DNA of 42,824 bases from Candidatus Kerfeldbacteria bacterium RIFCSPLOWO2_02_FULL_42_19 (GCA_001818315.1 MHKF01000011.1:1-42824); one strand, 5' to 3'. Counted from the stretch's first letter, positions 1 to 9,307 are shown. Program-made: numbers and translations. Notes: a model not told the origin generated them from the letters alone.

Positions 1-282
1 ATGGTGGGGGTTGAGGGATCGAGCTTTGTTGATGTCCCACATATCGTATTCGGGGAGACCGATCTTTGCAGCGCCAAAAGTATGATAAGTAAGGTCAAGA
101 ATACGAGAATTTACAGAAGTAGACTGAAATTCAGGAACATCACCACTCATATGAAGGCGAAAGAATTGGTCGGTAATGATCAGACTCGCTATAACCTAAA
201 TTCAAATCCAGCGCCATTTCATGTTGATGGGAATAAGATCCATACTAACCTTGACTGCACCACCAGGTTTCACCAGCCATAA
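1..282 (+). CDS. Possible 3' end of a hypothetical protein (truncated by window edge)
   Basis: Frame open from base 1 to TAA at 282, followed by a bidirectional hairpin; no recognisable motif. Confidence 0.3.
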   Translation: MVGVEGSSFVDVPHIVFGETDLCSAKSMISKVKNTRIYRSRLKFRNITTHMKAKELVGNDQTRYNLNSNPAPFHVDGNKIHTNLDCTTRFHQP

Positions 283-336
283 ATGGTAAAGAATTGTTAG
301 CATAAGATTATTTTTGAAGACGAGCTCTCCTCAAAC

Positions 337-365
337 AGAAAAGACCGAATCATTCGGTCTTTTCT
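337..365. terminator. Bidirectional intrinsic terminator
   Basis: Perfect IR AGAAAAGACCGAAT-C-ATTCGGTCTTTTCT between convergent ORFs. Confidence 0.75.
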
Positions 366-402
366 AAATATATCTTAGGAAACGACTGCTACGTTGATCC
401 AC

Positions 403-978
403 TTACAACGCAAAGCGTCCGGAAAGCACCTGATCATTCGGATCATCATTCGTGTCGTTAACGGGTTCGAGTGTGACATACACGAACGGATGTGCACTAT
501 AATCCGTACCGGAACTAAACTCTAAGTTAAAAACGCCGTCTTTTTCTTTCGTGAGTTTTCCAACATTTACGCGACTAAAAGGTACTTTCTTTTCGATCCA
601 CGCTTGATACTCAAAATTTTCTGGCGCGTCAGGCAATTCTTTCGTGTTCATCGTCAACGTATATTTCCCGTCAACTTTTTTGCGTTCGGCGGTACCAATA
701 CCCTTGCCATCCTTCACATTACTTAAACTCACTGACTCAAGATTTGTCACTGTTTCTTCCCCGTCTTCTTCCTCCGCATCTTCGTCTTCAATATCAGCGT
801 CTTCACTTTCATCCGCCTCATCGGACACTTTCGAGGCGTTCGTAGTCGTCTTTGTATCCGTATCACCTTTTTGGCTATACAGATAATACCCTCCGCCAAG
901 AATCACGACGACGAGTAAAACGATAATAAGAGTTAAGAGCACGTTTGACTGCCCTCTTTGGTTAAGTCTTTGTAGCAT
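403..978 (-). CDS. Membrane-anchored protein with acidic linker and RskA (anti-sigma-K) C-terminal-like domain
   Basis: N-terminal QRGQS plus hydrophobic helix, D/E-rich linker, C-terminal YQAW...VYVTLEP..D.DP...VLSG resembling RskA_C. Confidence 0.6.
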   Translation of the reverse strand: MLQRLNQRGQSNVLLTLIIVLLVVVILGGGYYLYSQKGDTDTKTTTNASKVSDEADESEDADIEDEDAEEEDGEETVTNLESVSLSNVKDGKGIGTAERKKVDGKYTLTMNTKELPDAPENFEYQAWIEKKVPFSRVNVGKLTKEKDGVFNLEFSSGTDYSAHPFVYVTLEPVNDTNDDPNDQVLSGRFAL

Positions 979-1011
979 AGCACATAGATTTAAAAATTAG
1001 CGATGGCTGAC

Positions 1012-1959
1012 TTACATCTCTTTTATTATACTTTGAATATCGCGAGATGTCACCTGCGGCAACATGCTTTTTTTCACGCGCATAATACTTTCGAGTTTTA
1101 CTTTGGATGATGCTTCGTCTATAAGATCAATGGCTTTATCTGGAAAAGATCGCCCTGGCATGTATTTTTTCGAAAGCTCAACAGCCGAATGGAGCGCTTC
1201 ATCGAGAATGCGCACGCCGTGAAATTGCTCGTATTCCTCTTTGATACCTCGCAGAATATCCAGTGTTTCTTTTGGCGTTGGTTCAGAAACAGGCACTAAT
1301 TGGAGGCGCCGCGCAAGTGTAATGTCGCGCGAGATGTACGTATCATATTCCTGATTCGTTGTTGCACCCACTACTTGCAGATCGCCGCGTGCAAGCGCCG
1401 GTTTTAAGATGTCATCTGCATCGAGCGCGCCGCTTGCTTCTCCCGCTTCGGCGAGTGTATGAATTTCGTCAATAAACAAAATAATGCTGCGGTTGGAGGC
1501 GATGATTTCGTCGCGAATCGCTAGGAGGCGCTTTTCAAATTCCCCTCTGAATTTTGTTCCGGCGATAATACTGCTCAAATCCAATGCGAGTACCTGCTTG
1601 CTTTTAAGAATCGGCGGGATACGTCCTTCGACAATTGATTGCGCGAGACCTTCCACGATAGCTGTTTTTCCCACCCCTGCTTTACCGACCAACACCGGAT
1701 TGTTTTTAGATTTCCGACTGAGAATTTGAATGACTTTGCGAATTTCTTTTTCGCGCCCAATGACGGGTTCGAGTTTGCCTTCTCGCGCCAGCATGGTGAG
1801 ATTTTTTGCATATTGTTCAAGGATAGAAAAACCCCTCCGCCGCGTATGAAAACCTTCTCCGTTATTTTCGTATCGCAAAAACCAACGTATTCCGAAAATG
1901 GCTAGTATAGCAAAACTTCCTATGAGGATAATCAGACTCAAAATATTGGCGTCAAACAT
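1012..1959 (-). CDS. Membrane-anchored ClpA/B/C-family ATPase with only NBD1
   Basis: N-terminal TM helix; PVIGREKEI, NNPVLVGKAGVGKT (Walker A), GTKFRGEFE (pore loop), ILFIDEIH (Walker B), GATT, LARR, PDKAIDLIDEA; ends after the NBD1 lid. Confidence 0.85.
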   Translation of the reverse strand: MFDANILSLIILIGSFAILAIFGIRWFLRYENNGEGFHTRRRGFSILEQYAKNLTMLAREGKLEPVIGREKEIRKVIQILSRKSKNNPVLVGKAGVGKTAIVEGLAQSIVEGRIPPILKSKQVLALDLSSIIAGTKFRGEFEKRLLAIRDEIIASNRSIILFIDEIHTLAEAGEASGALDADDILKPALARGDLQVVGATTNQEYDTYISRDITLARRLQLVPVSEPTPKETLDILRGIKEEYEQFHGVRILDEALHSAVELSKKYMPGRSFPDKAIDLIDEASSKVKLESIMRVKKSMLPQVTSRDIQSIIKEM

Positions 1960-2182
1960 TGATGTTTATTTTTGTTGAGTTTCGCAAATTTTTATTTGCG
2001 AAAGATATGAGACTGCATGAGGAATAACAAGAATATTATCTCATATTCCAACTACTCACGCAACGCTGCTGTTGATAACCTGTCGCGAATCGTCGTAAGG
2101 TGTCTGCTTCATGCCTTTTATTTTCCCTCTCCCTTCGATATACTATATTGAGTGTATTTTCATTGAGAGTTATTCGTTCCCA

Positions 2183-2818
2183 ATGAATTCACTGACACTA
2201 TCACATCGTATGTTTTTCCTCTCTCTTCTTCTCTTCCCTCTTCTTCTTTTTTATAAATTTGGTGCTCTCATCATCTTGACGCTTTTACGATTGTATCGTC
2301 AGCGATTTCGTAAACTCCGTTGGTTTGATTCGATTTCCGATCAAATTGTCATTGGCGGAGCGCCTCTCTTTCCATTTCATGACAATGATTTTCTCGATGA
2401 CATCAATGTCACGGCTGTTCTGAATGTTTGCACGGAATACCCTCCCTATGATACACGTCCGTACCGGAGTAAAGATAATTTTTTGCATTTAAGAATTTTA
2501 GATCGACAAGCTCCTTCACTCCATCAGTTAAAAAAGGGGGTTCGTTGGCTTGACGCGAAGATTGATAGTGGAGAAAAAATTCTCGTTCACTGCGCGCTCG
2601 GTGAAATGCGTTCAGTCCTTTTTGTAGTAGCGTGGCTTATCTATCGCTATCGCTGGGATCTTGACAAAGCTGTTTCTTTTGTAAAAAGTAAGCGCCCCCA
2701 AGCGCATTTGAATCACAGGCAACTTGCGACACTTCGTGAGTTTAACCGCCTCGTTCATGAAGGAAAATTCACAAAAGAACCGTTGCGTAGAGCAGCGCTT
2801 GCTTCATCATCGTTGTGA
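2183..2818 (+). CDS. Dual-specificity phosphatase (CX5R), PTPMT1-like, with N-terminal TM segment
   Basis: ILVHCALGEMRS catalytic loop, upstream Asp loop (RILD), KRP motif; ORF could start at 2111. Confidence 0.8.
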   Translation: MNSLTLSHRMFFLSLLLFPLLLFYKFGALIILTLLRLYRQRFRKLRWFDSISDQIVIGGAPLFPFHDNDFLDDINVTAVLNVCTEYPPYDTRPYRSKDNFLHLRILDRQAPSLHQLKKGVRWLDAKIDSGEKILVHCALGEMRSVLFVVAWLIYRYRWDLDKAVSFVKSKRPQAHLNHRQLATLREFNRLVHEGKFTKEPLRRAALASSSL

Positions 2819-2863
2819 GGACTCGCTCTGAGAATGAGGATTCGTTCCTGGACGCTCGTTTCG

Positions 2864-3121
2864 TTATATCAGCTGCTTCTTTATTTTTTGATCGTGAATA
2901 TGAATGACATTCACCGGGCAACTGACTGCAGCATTCATATGCACTGAAAGTTCACTCTCATCACATTCTACCGTTTCTTCGAGGGTTGTTTCGTTTCTTT
3001 GTCCTCCAACAATGTGAGCTTTCCGCTCATTATCGAGATACCAATGTGTTGGACTCACTGCTGCACAGGGTCCCGCGCCAATGCAGTTCTGTCGATCGTA
3101 TACGATTTTGTAACGTTTCAT
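2864..3121 (-). CDS. Small single-cluster ferredoxin (likely 3Fe-4S)
   Basis: CIGAGPC...SCPVNVI, with Ala at the second Cys position. Confidence 0.85.
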   Translation of the reverse strand: MKRYKIVYDRQNCIGAGPCAAVSPTHWYLDNERKAHIVGGQRNETTLEETVECDESELSVHMNAAVSCPVNVIHIHDQKIKKQLI

Positions 3122-3144
3122 AAATTCAATTATTTTCTGTTTCT

Positions 3145-4686
3145 ATGCGCCTTGTCAATCTTTCTATCCAACATTTTAAAAGTATTGCGGGAGTCAAGCT
3201 TCCGCGTTTTCATTCGATCGATGTGTTTATAGGCAAAAATAATAGCGGTAAAACGAATATTTTGGAAGCAATTACACTTTTTTTACATGCTGAATGTTAC
3301 CCTGAAAATATATTTGATGTGCAGGCTGCGGAAATCCATGCTCAATTTCAACTTGATGCGCCGAACTGCCTGGAATTGAAGCTGACGTGTGATTCTGCGA
3401 CACTCCATTGCATGCTTTCTGCAGGACAAACGAAATCTTTTTTTACGCAGACTGATCCCGCAGCTGTAAAAGTCACTATTCCAGAAACTCATGCCCGAGC
3501 TTTTCTTCAACAACACATTGTGCATATCAATACGTCTCGTCTTCTCGTTGAATATCAACGTTCGGTAGATACTCAAATTCGCGCGGGTGATATTTCTATT
3601 TTCTTTGCACAAAGCGCGTACCAGGAGCTTAGTGAAAAATATCCACAAGCCTATCAAGATTTTCTGACTTCATTGCATCACATGTTTCCTGAACTTTCAT
3701 TTCGACCCGATGTGCAACTTTTCACTCAGGTGAAAGAACTCAAAGCTCTTGCGGATATGCAGCCGGGCTATCATATCCGAGAGAATAGCCGTCTGCGTAG
3801 GCTTGCGAACTTGGGTTCCGGATATCTCCAACTTGCGGTCATACTTCTCTTTTTGCATCATCCGCGGTATCACATAATCATTCTCGATGAACCGGAAAAT
3901 CATCTCCATATTGGGCTGCAGAAAAAACTCCTTGCGCGCTTTCAAGCCGCGCATGGCAAACAAATTTTTATCTCTACCCATTCACCGTTATTTGTAACCC
4001 CGGAACTTTTTCATTCCCTGCATCGCGTCGTCAAAGATCCGCACTATGCGACGACTATCTATCCAGAAATTTTTCAGGCTGCATCCGAGGTATCTCTACC
4101 CCCTGCCTCACACACTGCTTCGCAGTACACTCATCTTTCTTCTCCAACACAAGTGTCGACTCGATATTTCCCCTATTCAGTGGATATTATACGCCTTGCG
4201 CAGGAACTCAACTTAGAAAGTAACGAAATGCTTTTTGCTGATCACGTCATTCTCGTGGAAGGTGAAGCTGATGAAATTCTCTTCAAAGGCCTTGTGGATC
4301 GTTTTTACCGCGGAGATCGTGAAGTGCTGGTGCTTGCCGTGCATAGCAATACCAATTTTAAAATCTATCGCGATGTGTTACGGTATTTTGGCATTCCATA
4401 CTGTATCGTTACGGACCTTGATTCGCTCCATGGATATATTGATGTTGTGGTTGAAGCGTTAGGACGCAGGAAAAATATGCCGCGATCGCAATACATGCAG
4501 GAACTCAAAAAAAATCATATCTATGTATTGCCCAACGGCTCACTTGAGGATCATTATCCGAAGAAATATCAACACTACAAAGATAGTAAACCCTTTAATG
4601 CCTTACGCGCGGCGCGCAATATTACTCCGCAAGAACTTGCTTCTCCGCAGATGGCGCCCCTTTCCGAAATTCTTCAGACACTATAA
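3145..4686 (+). CDS. OLD-family ATP-dependent nuclease (ABC ATPase + TOPRIM)
   Basis: GKNNSGKT, LGSG signature, IILDEPENHLH, STHSP; TOPRIM ILVEGEADE and TDLD. Confidence 0.85.
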   Translation: MRLVNLSIQHFKSIAGVKLPRFHSIDVFIGKNNSGKTNILEAITLFLHAECYPENIFDVQAAEIHAQFQLDAPNCLELKLTCDSATLHCMLSAGQTKSFFTQTDPAAVKVTIPETHARAFLQQHIVHINTSRLLVEYQRSVDTQIRAGDISIFFAQSAYQELSEKYPQAYQDFLTSLHHMFPELSFRPDVQLFTQVKELKALADMQPGYHIRENSRLRRLANLGSGYLQLAVILLFLHHPRYHIIILDEPENHLHIGLQKKLLARFQAAHGKQIFISTHSPLFVTPELFHSLHRVVKDPHYATTIYPEIFQAASEVSLPPASHTASQYTHLSSPTQVSTRYFPYSVDIIRLAQELNLESNEMLFADHVILVEGEADEILFKGLVDRFYRGDREVLVLAVHSNTNFKIYRDVLRYFGIPYCIVTDLDSLHGYIDVVVEALGRRKNMPRSQYMQELKKNHIYVLPNGSLEDHYPKKYQHYKDSKPFNALRAARNITPQELASPQMAPLSEILQTL

Positions 4687-4989
4687 AATAGTGAGTTCTT
4701 TAATTTTTCCTGCTTCGAGTAAAAGTTTCAGTTTTCCTTTTTTTGTCATGGTATCAATGTAGCTAAATTCAGCAGTAGCTTGCTCACGATTCATGAGCAT
4801 ATTTTCGAATGTAAATGTTGCGTCAGTTTCGAGATGCTCAAGCCACGATCGTACACCTGCTTTCCCTTGAAATGTTTTTTCTTTGTCTTGTATATGATCG
4901 CGCACAGTACACGCATCATGAAAGAGCTCGACAGTCGCGTCGAAATTTCGGTAATTAATGGATTGTACGAGTTTTTCAATGATGTTCAT
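4681..4989 (-). CDS. SnoaL/NTF2-like small protein
   Basis: Pattern IEKLVQSIN..NFDATVELFHDA...FQGKAGVRSW...GKIKEL. Confidence 0.65.
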   Translation of the reverse strand: MNIIEKLVQSINYRNFDATVELFHDACTVRDHIQDKEKTFQGKAGVRSWLEHLETDATFTFENMLMNREQATAEFSYIDTMTKKGKLKLLLEAGKIKELTIL

Positions 4990-4993
4990 AGTT

Positions 4994-6199
4994 TTATTGC
5001 TTAGCAGTATATTCCAATGCTATTGAATGCACATCTATACTATCACTTCCACTGCTTCGTTCAATACTGAAAGATACATGATCACCCGCAGCAAGCGTGA
5101 GAGTATCCGGTAGCGTGAGCGAGACGACCTTTATATTTCCTCCGGTTATACCGCTATCAAAATTTGTTCCGCCCGTGAGATTCGTGAACGTCTTCGTACT
5201 CGCAGATTGATTATCGCTTACTTTCCAGATTTTTCCAAGTATATCATTATCCCCTGTCGTGCCGCTTGCGACTTGTGTAGTTATTTTCACCGTGCCACCC
5301 GAAGTATAATCATTCGGCACGATAAATGCTATGCCTGCTGGGTCAGTATCAGCGTTCGTCCAACGCAAGAAAACATTACCTTCGGTACTCACGATGAATG
5401 CTGGTTGAGTCGATGCACTTGTCGGCACGATAGCACCGCTATTCGTAGCATCCACATTGTAAAAGCTCGTCAGTAATAGTTGCACGGTGCGTGTCACATC
5501 CGCGATTTCTGAGGCTGACCAAGGATTCGCCGTATTAACCCAATCTGCTGTAATCGTTTCTACAACATCAGTATTTGCCAGTGTTGCCGCTGTGAGTGCT
5601 GCTTCTCCAACCGTGAGCGTACCAACAATCGTCTGATTTCCTCGCACAATTGCACTTCCTTCTATTGTTGCATTTTTACTAATCGTCTCATTGCCACCGA
5701 TGGTCACATCGCCGGTGAGGGTTGAAGCGCCGTTCACTGTAAGTGTGCCTTTCATACGAGTATTTCCACTTGTTTCAAAATTGTCATCCACGAGTATCGG
5801 ATTCACTCCATCTGTTTCTGGACCTTGCTTTGCTCCGCGAAATATACGTCCGTCAACGCGGATGTTGTCGCCAAACGTGACGGGGTTATCGCTTCCGTCA
5901 TCTTTGACCGTTGAATTTACGATAGTCCCGTTAAAGAAGGTTACGCCTCCGACACCTTGTTTACCGATCGTAATACTTGGAAATTGATGTGTCACGCCGG
6001 TAAAAAGTGTGCTGCTTTCAAACATGAGTGTGTCAGCGCTGCCTGCGCCCAATTGACTCGAACCGTTAATAGTGATCGCCTGCACGATCAATGCGAATCC
6101 AATGCCGGCAATCACTGCGAAAGCGCCGAAGAAATTCCGCGCCATATTTGCGCGTAAATTTTTGAAATGAATTTTTTTTGCAGATGTATGTGTGTGCAT
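4994..6199 (-). CDS. Membrane-anchored surface protein with beta-solenoid stalk and C-terminal beta-sandwich
   Basis: N-terminal TM; hexapeptide-like G/T/V/N repeats (GTLTVNGASTLTGDVTIGGNETI...); T/S/G-rich. Confidence 0.6.
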   Translation of the reverse strand: MHTHTSAKKIHFKNLRANMARNFFGAFAVIAGIGFALIVQAITINGSSQLGAGSADTLMFESSTLFTGVTHQFPSITIGKQGVGGVTFFNGTIVNSTVKDDGSDNPVTFGDNIRVDGRIFRGAKQGPETDGVNPILVDDNFETSGNTRMKGTLTVNGASTLTGDVTIGGNETISKNATIEGSAIVRGNQTIVGTLTVGEAALTAATLANTDVVETITADWVNTANPWSASEIADVTRTVQLLLTSFYNVDATNSGAIVPTSASTQPAFIVSTEGNVFLRWTNADTDPAGIAFIVPNDYTSGGTVKITTQVASGTTGDNDILGKIWKVSDNQSASTKTFTNLTGGTNFDSGITGGNIKVVSLTLPDTLTLAAGDHVSFSIERSSGSDSIDVHSIALEYTAKQ

Positions 6200-6229
6200 A
6201 TAGACGTAGTGTAAATAATAAAGATGCTC

Positions 6230-7687
6230 TTATCTTATTTTTTGTAATTTTTCTACGGCCTTTGCTATGCGAGCAAGACTTTCTTGTTTTCCAAGTATCA
6301 CAGCGATTTCAATAGCTCCACCGGGAGTAAATTGTCTCCCAGAGAGTGCCGCTCGCAATGGCCACAACACTTGTCCATTTTTCAGTTGCATCGATGCAAT
6401 CAGTTTGAGTGCCGTGCTGCGAAGCGTATCTTCCTGCCAATCCGTCAGCTCTTCGAATGCTTCGAACACTCGTGTGAGCGCAGTCAAAGCGAGCAATGTA
6501 TCCGTCTTCATCTTTTTATTCACAAATAGTTCTGTATCATATGCTGGTAATGCCTCAAAAAAAGTGATCTGTTCCGGAACCTCTGTAAAAACTTTCGTGC
6601 GAGTATGAAGGAGCTCGCTTATTTTCTTTACATTCAATTTTGTCTTCTGAAAAATCTTTTCATAATATGGCGCAAGGTGCGTATGAAACTCATCGAGAGA
6701 TAAACGCTGAATATGCTGACTATTCACCCACAGGAGCTTATTCTTATCAAAAATTGCTGCGGCTTTATTCAGTCCTTTGAGATCAAACTGCTCCTCAAGC
6801 TCTTTGAGCGTAAAAATTTCTTGTTCAGTTTTTGGATTCCATCCGAGCAGTGCCACGTAATTGATAATCGCCTCTGGAAGAAAACCTTGATCTAATAGTT
6901 CCTCAAACGCTGCGTCTTTTTCGCGCTTACTCAGCTTCTTGCCGCCATCTTTGATGATCACCGGCAGATGCGCAAACACAGGCGGCTGCCAACCAAAAGC
7001 TTTATAGAGTAAGATAAATTTCGGTGTTGAAGAAAGGAATTCGCAACCGCGTAGCACATGCGTGATCTCCATCGTATGATCGTCAATGACATTTGCAAAA
7101 TTGTACGTTGGAATCCCGTCTGATTTTATCAGTACACCTTCATCAAGTTCACGATTATGAACGGTAATCGTCCCATACACAGCGTCTTTAAAGTTCGTTG
7201 TACCTTCGGCTGGAATTTTTTGACGTATCACATACGGAAGCTTCTGTTGCAATTTTTCTTTCGTTTCTTTTTCGCTGAGTTGTTTGCAATGACCATCATA
7301 ATGGAACGGCAGATGATCCCCTTCTGCTTGCTGTCGTAATGTTTCGAGTCGTTCTTTGGAACAAAAACAATAATAAGCGCCACCGGTGTGTATTAATTCC
7401 AGTGCATACTTTTGATACAATGCGAGTCGCTGAGTTTGAATATATGGCTTGTATGGCCCACCGACATCAGGACCCTCATCATACTGTAGACCTGCTCTTT
7501 TGAGCGCTCGCATCATCGCTTGTTCTGCGTCAGACACATACCTGTTGGTATCGGTGTCTTCAATGCGCAATACAAAAACACCCTGATGTTTTTTCGCAAG
7601 CAAATAGGAATAGAGGGCTGTCCGTAATCCCCCTATATGTAAGTACCCAGTTGGACTTGGCGCAAATCGTGTTCGGATTTTTTGCAT
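6230..7687 (-). CDS. gltX: Glutamate--tRNA ligase
   Basis: RTRFAPSPTGYLHIGG, LRIEDTD, YYCFC, KLSKR. Confidence 0.97.
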   Translation of the reverse strand: MQKIRTRFAPSPTGYLHIGGLRTALYSYLLAKKHQGVFVLRIEDTDTNRYVSDAEQAMMRALKRAGLQYDEGPDVGGPYKPYIQTQRLALYQKYALELIHTGGAYYCFCSKERLETLRQQAEGDHLPFHYDGHCKQLSEKETKEKLQQKLPYVIRQKIPAEGTTNFKDAVYGTITVHNRELDEGVLIKSDGIPTYNFANVIDDHTMEITHVLRGCEFLSSTPKFILLYKAFGWQPPVFAHLPVIIKDGGKKLSKREKDAAFEELLDQGFLPEAIINYVALLGWNPKTEQEIFTLKELEEQFDLKGLNKAAAIFDKNKLLWVNSQHIQRLSLDEFHTHLAPYYEKIFQKTKLNVKKISELLHTRTKVFTEVPEQITFFEALPAYDTELFVNKKMKTDTLLALTALTRVFEAFEELTDWQEDTLRSTALKLIASMQLKNGQVLWPLRAALSGRQFTPGGAIEIAVILGKQESLARIAKAVEKLQKIR

Positions 7688-7887
7688 ATACGCAATGTGT
7701 GAACTGACTTGTTTTTATAGTTCTATCGCACGTGTATCTTATCGTTTCTTGACGTTTCTTACAAATTCTTGTACAAAGATATGTACCGCACATTGTACTT
7801 ATGTTTGATTCCACATGTGATTTTGTGGAGTCATGCTTTGGAAGAGGTGAATGAATATAAATTTCATGAATGAAAGGAGAAGCAGAC

Positions 7888-8250
7888 ATGCAGAGGGTTC
7901 TTGTTATTCATAACGTAGTTGGACTCGCCTTACTCTTGAAAGGTTGGCTTGAACCTGAATTCGAAGTCGATCACGTAACTTCTGCGTTGGCCGCGAAGGA
8001 GTCGATACTCACATACCGACCCACACTGTTGATTGTACAGCTTGGAGAGCAAGAAACCGGTATCATGTTGGTAAAATTTTTACGTGATAATACCGGCATC
8101 AAGGATCTTCCGACCTTCTACATATCAGGAAGTATTGTTGGAATAGGCACCGCACCGGATAGTCTTCCGATCCTTGGTATTCCTTGTGATGCTCAAGTGT
8201 TTCACGATATGATCGCGACTGTTCTGAAAGGAGCGCCAGCGACATCATGA
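7888..8250 (+). CDS. Degenerate stand-alone receiver (CheY-like) domain protein
   Basis: RVLVIHN...RPTLLIVQL...GIMLVKFLR...LPTFYISG receiver pattern; SD AAAGGAG upstream; catalytic acidic residues absent. Confidence 0.55.
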   Translation: MQRVLVIHNVVGLALLLKGWLEPEFEVDHVTSALAAKESILTYRPTLLIVQLGEQETGIMLVKFLRDNTGIKDLPTFYISGSIVGIGTAPDSLPILGIPCDAQVFHDMIATVLKGAPATS

Positions 8251-8257
8251 ACGTTTG

Positions 8258-8306
8258 TTAGGAAGTACGTGGAACTCGCTTCTGCGTACTTCCTAAGCGA
8301 TTTTTT
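8258..8306 (+). terminator. Intrinsic terminator
   Basis: TTAGGAAGTACGTGGAA/TTCTGCGTACTTCCTAA stem followed by a T6 tract. Confidence 0.7.
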
Positions 8307-8408
8307 ATGAGCTTGTAGCAGCTCCTTTTTTTATGTTACAGTGTGACAGAAGATTACCCACGAACTTTTTTACAGCTTCTTACGAACGTGAGTCTTTCTC
8401 TTTCTCCT

Positions 8409-8479
8409 TCGGGGATCGTCTAACGGTAGGACTACGGACTCTGGATCCGCCGGTCTAGGTTCGAATCCTAGTCCCCGAG
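8409..8479 (+). tRNA. tRNA-Gln(CTG), CCA not encoded
   Basis: TCGGGGA/TCCCCGA acceptor stem, anticodon loop CT-CTG-GA, GGTTCGAATCC T arm. Confidence 0.93.
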
Positions 8480-8523
8480 CAGTTAAATACGAAGCGAACT
8501 TCTTATACTTTCAATCTTTTTCC

Positions 8524-9291
8524 ATGAATCACAACATACGCGAAACAATTATTGTTTTAGCTGATATTAGTGGTTATACACGCTTCATCATTGCTCACGC
8601 GACGGCACTTGCCCATACTCAAACGATTATTTCAGAACTCATTCATACTCTTCTTTCACAAGTCCAACCTCCTTTACAAGTAGCTGAAATTGAAGGTGAT
8701 GCGCTTTTCCTCTATGCGCGCAAAGATGATGATATACGTTGGGAAGAATTTCGCAAACAGCTCGGTAAGACGCTTTTGAAATTTATGGAAGCATTCATGG
8801 GGAAGATCGAAGAATTACAACAATCCAATCTGTGTTCCTGCACTCCGTGTCGCAATGTGGATCAACTCAAACTAAAAATTATTGTTCATAAAGGCGAATC
8901 GCTTGCGTATACACTTGATAAATTTATGAAAATTTCAGGGGTCGATGTTATTCTCGCTCATCGGTTGCTCAAAAATTCTGCTGATGCTCATGAATATATC
9001 CTTATGACAGCGCCGGCCTATGATTACATTCGGTTTCCTATGGATCTTGCTGTAGATAGAGGCACAGAAACGTACGAACATATCGGAGGAGTCAAAACAT
9101 ACATTCATATACCTGAAAAACATAATACTGCTGTGGATACGCTTACACAGAAGCAATTTTCGTACGATTCTCTTTTCTTTAAAATAAAAAATATGGTCAT
9201 CAAAGTTTTTGTTCCGTTGCTTGCACAATTTCGTCTGAAAAAACTTCCCAAGTTGCGGAAACTTGAAAAGGTCATGCTGGAGACGAAATAA
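8524..9291 (+). CDS. DUF2652 family protein (class III nucleotidyl cyclase-like)
   Basis: LADISGYTRF, EIEGDALF, CSCTPC, LKLKIIVHKGE, GVDVILAHRLLKN. Confidence 0.8.
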   Translation: MNHNIRETIIVLADISGYTRFIIAHATALAHTQTIISELIHTLLSQVQPPLQVAEIEGDALFLYARKDDDIRWEEFRKQLGKTLLKFMEAFMGKIEELQQSNLCSCTPCRNVDQLKLKIIVHKGESLAYTLDKFMKISGVDVILAHRLLKNSADAHEYILMTAPAYDYIRFPMDLAVDRGTETYEHIGGVKTYIHIPEKHNTAVDTLTQKQFSYDSLFFKIKNMVIKVFVPLLAQFRLKKLPKLRKLEKVMLETK

Positions 9292-9307
9292 ATTTCATTT
9301 ATTCTTA

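Noticed and set aside
2816-2862. Degenerate tandem TGAGGA(C/T)TCG(C/T)TC repeats
   Set aside because: Only two to three short imperfect copies; cannot be distinguished from chance.
7807-7833. Hairpin GATTCCACA/TGTGGAGTC as a fourth member of the CAC/GTG hairpin family
   Set aside because: Stem is only about 10 bp and the loop lacks the shared apex sequence.
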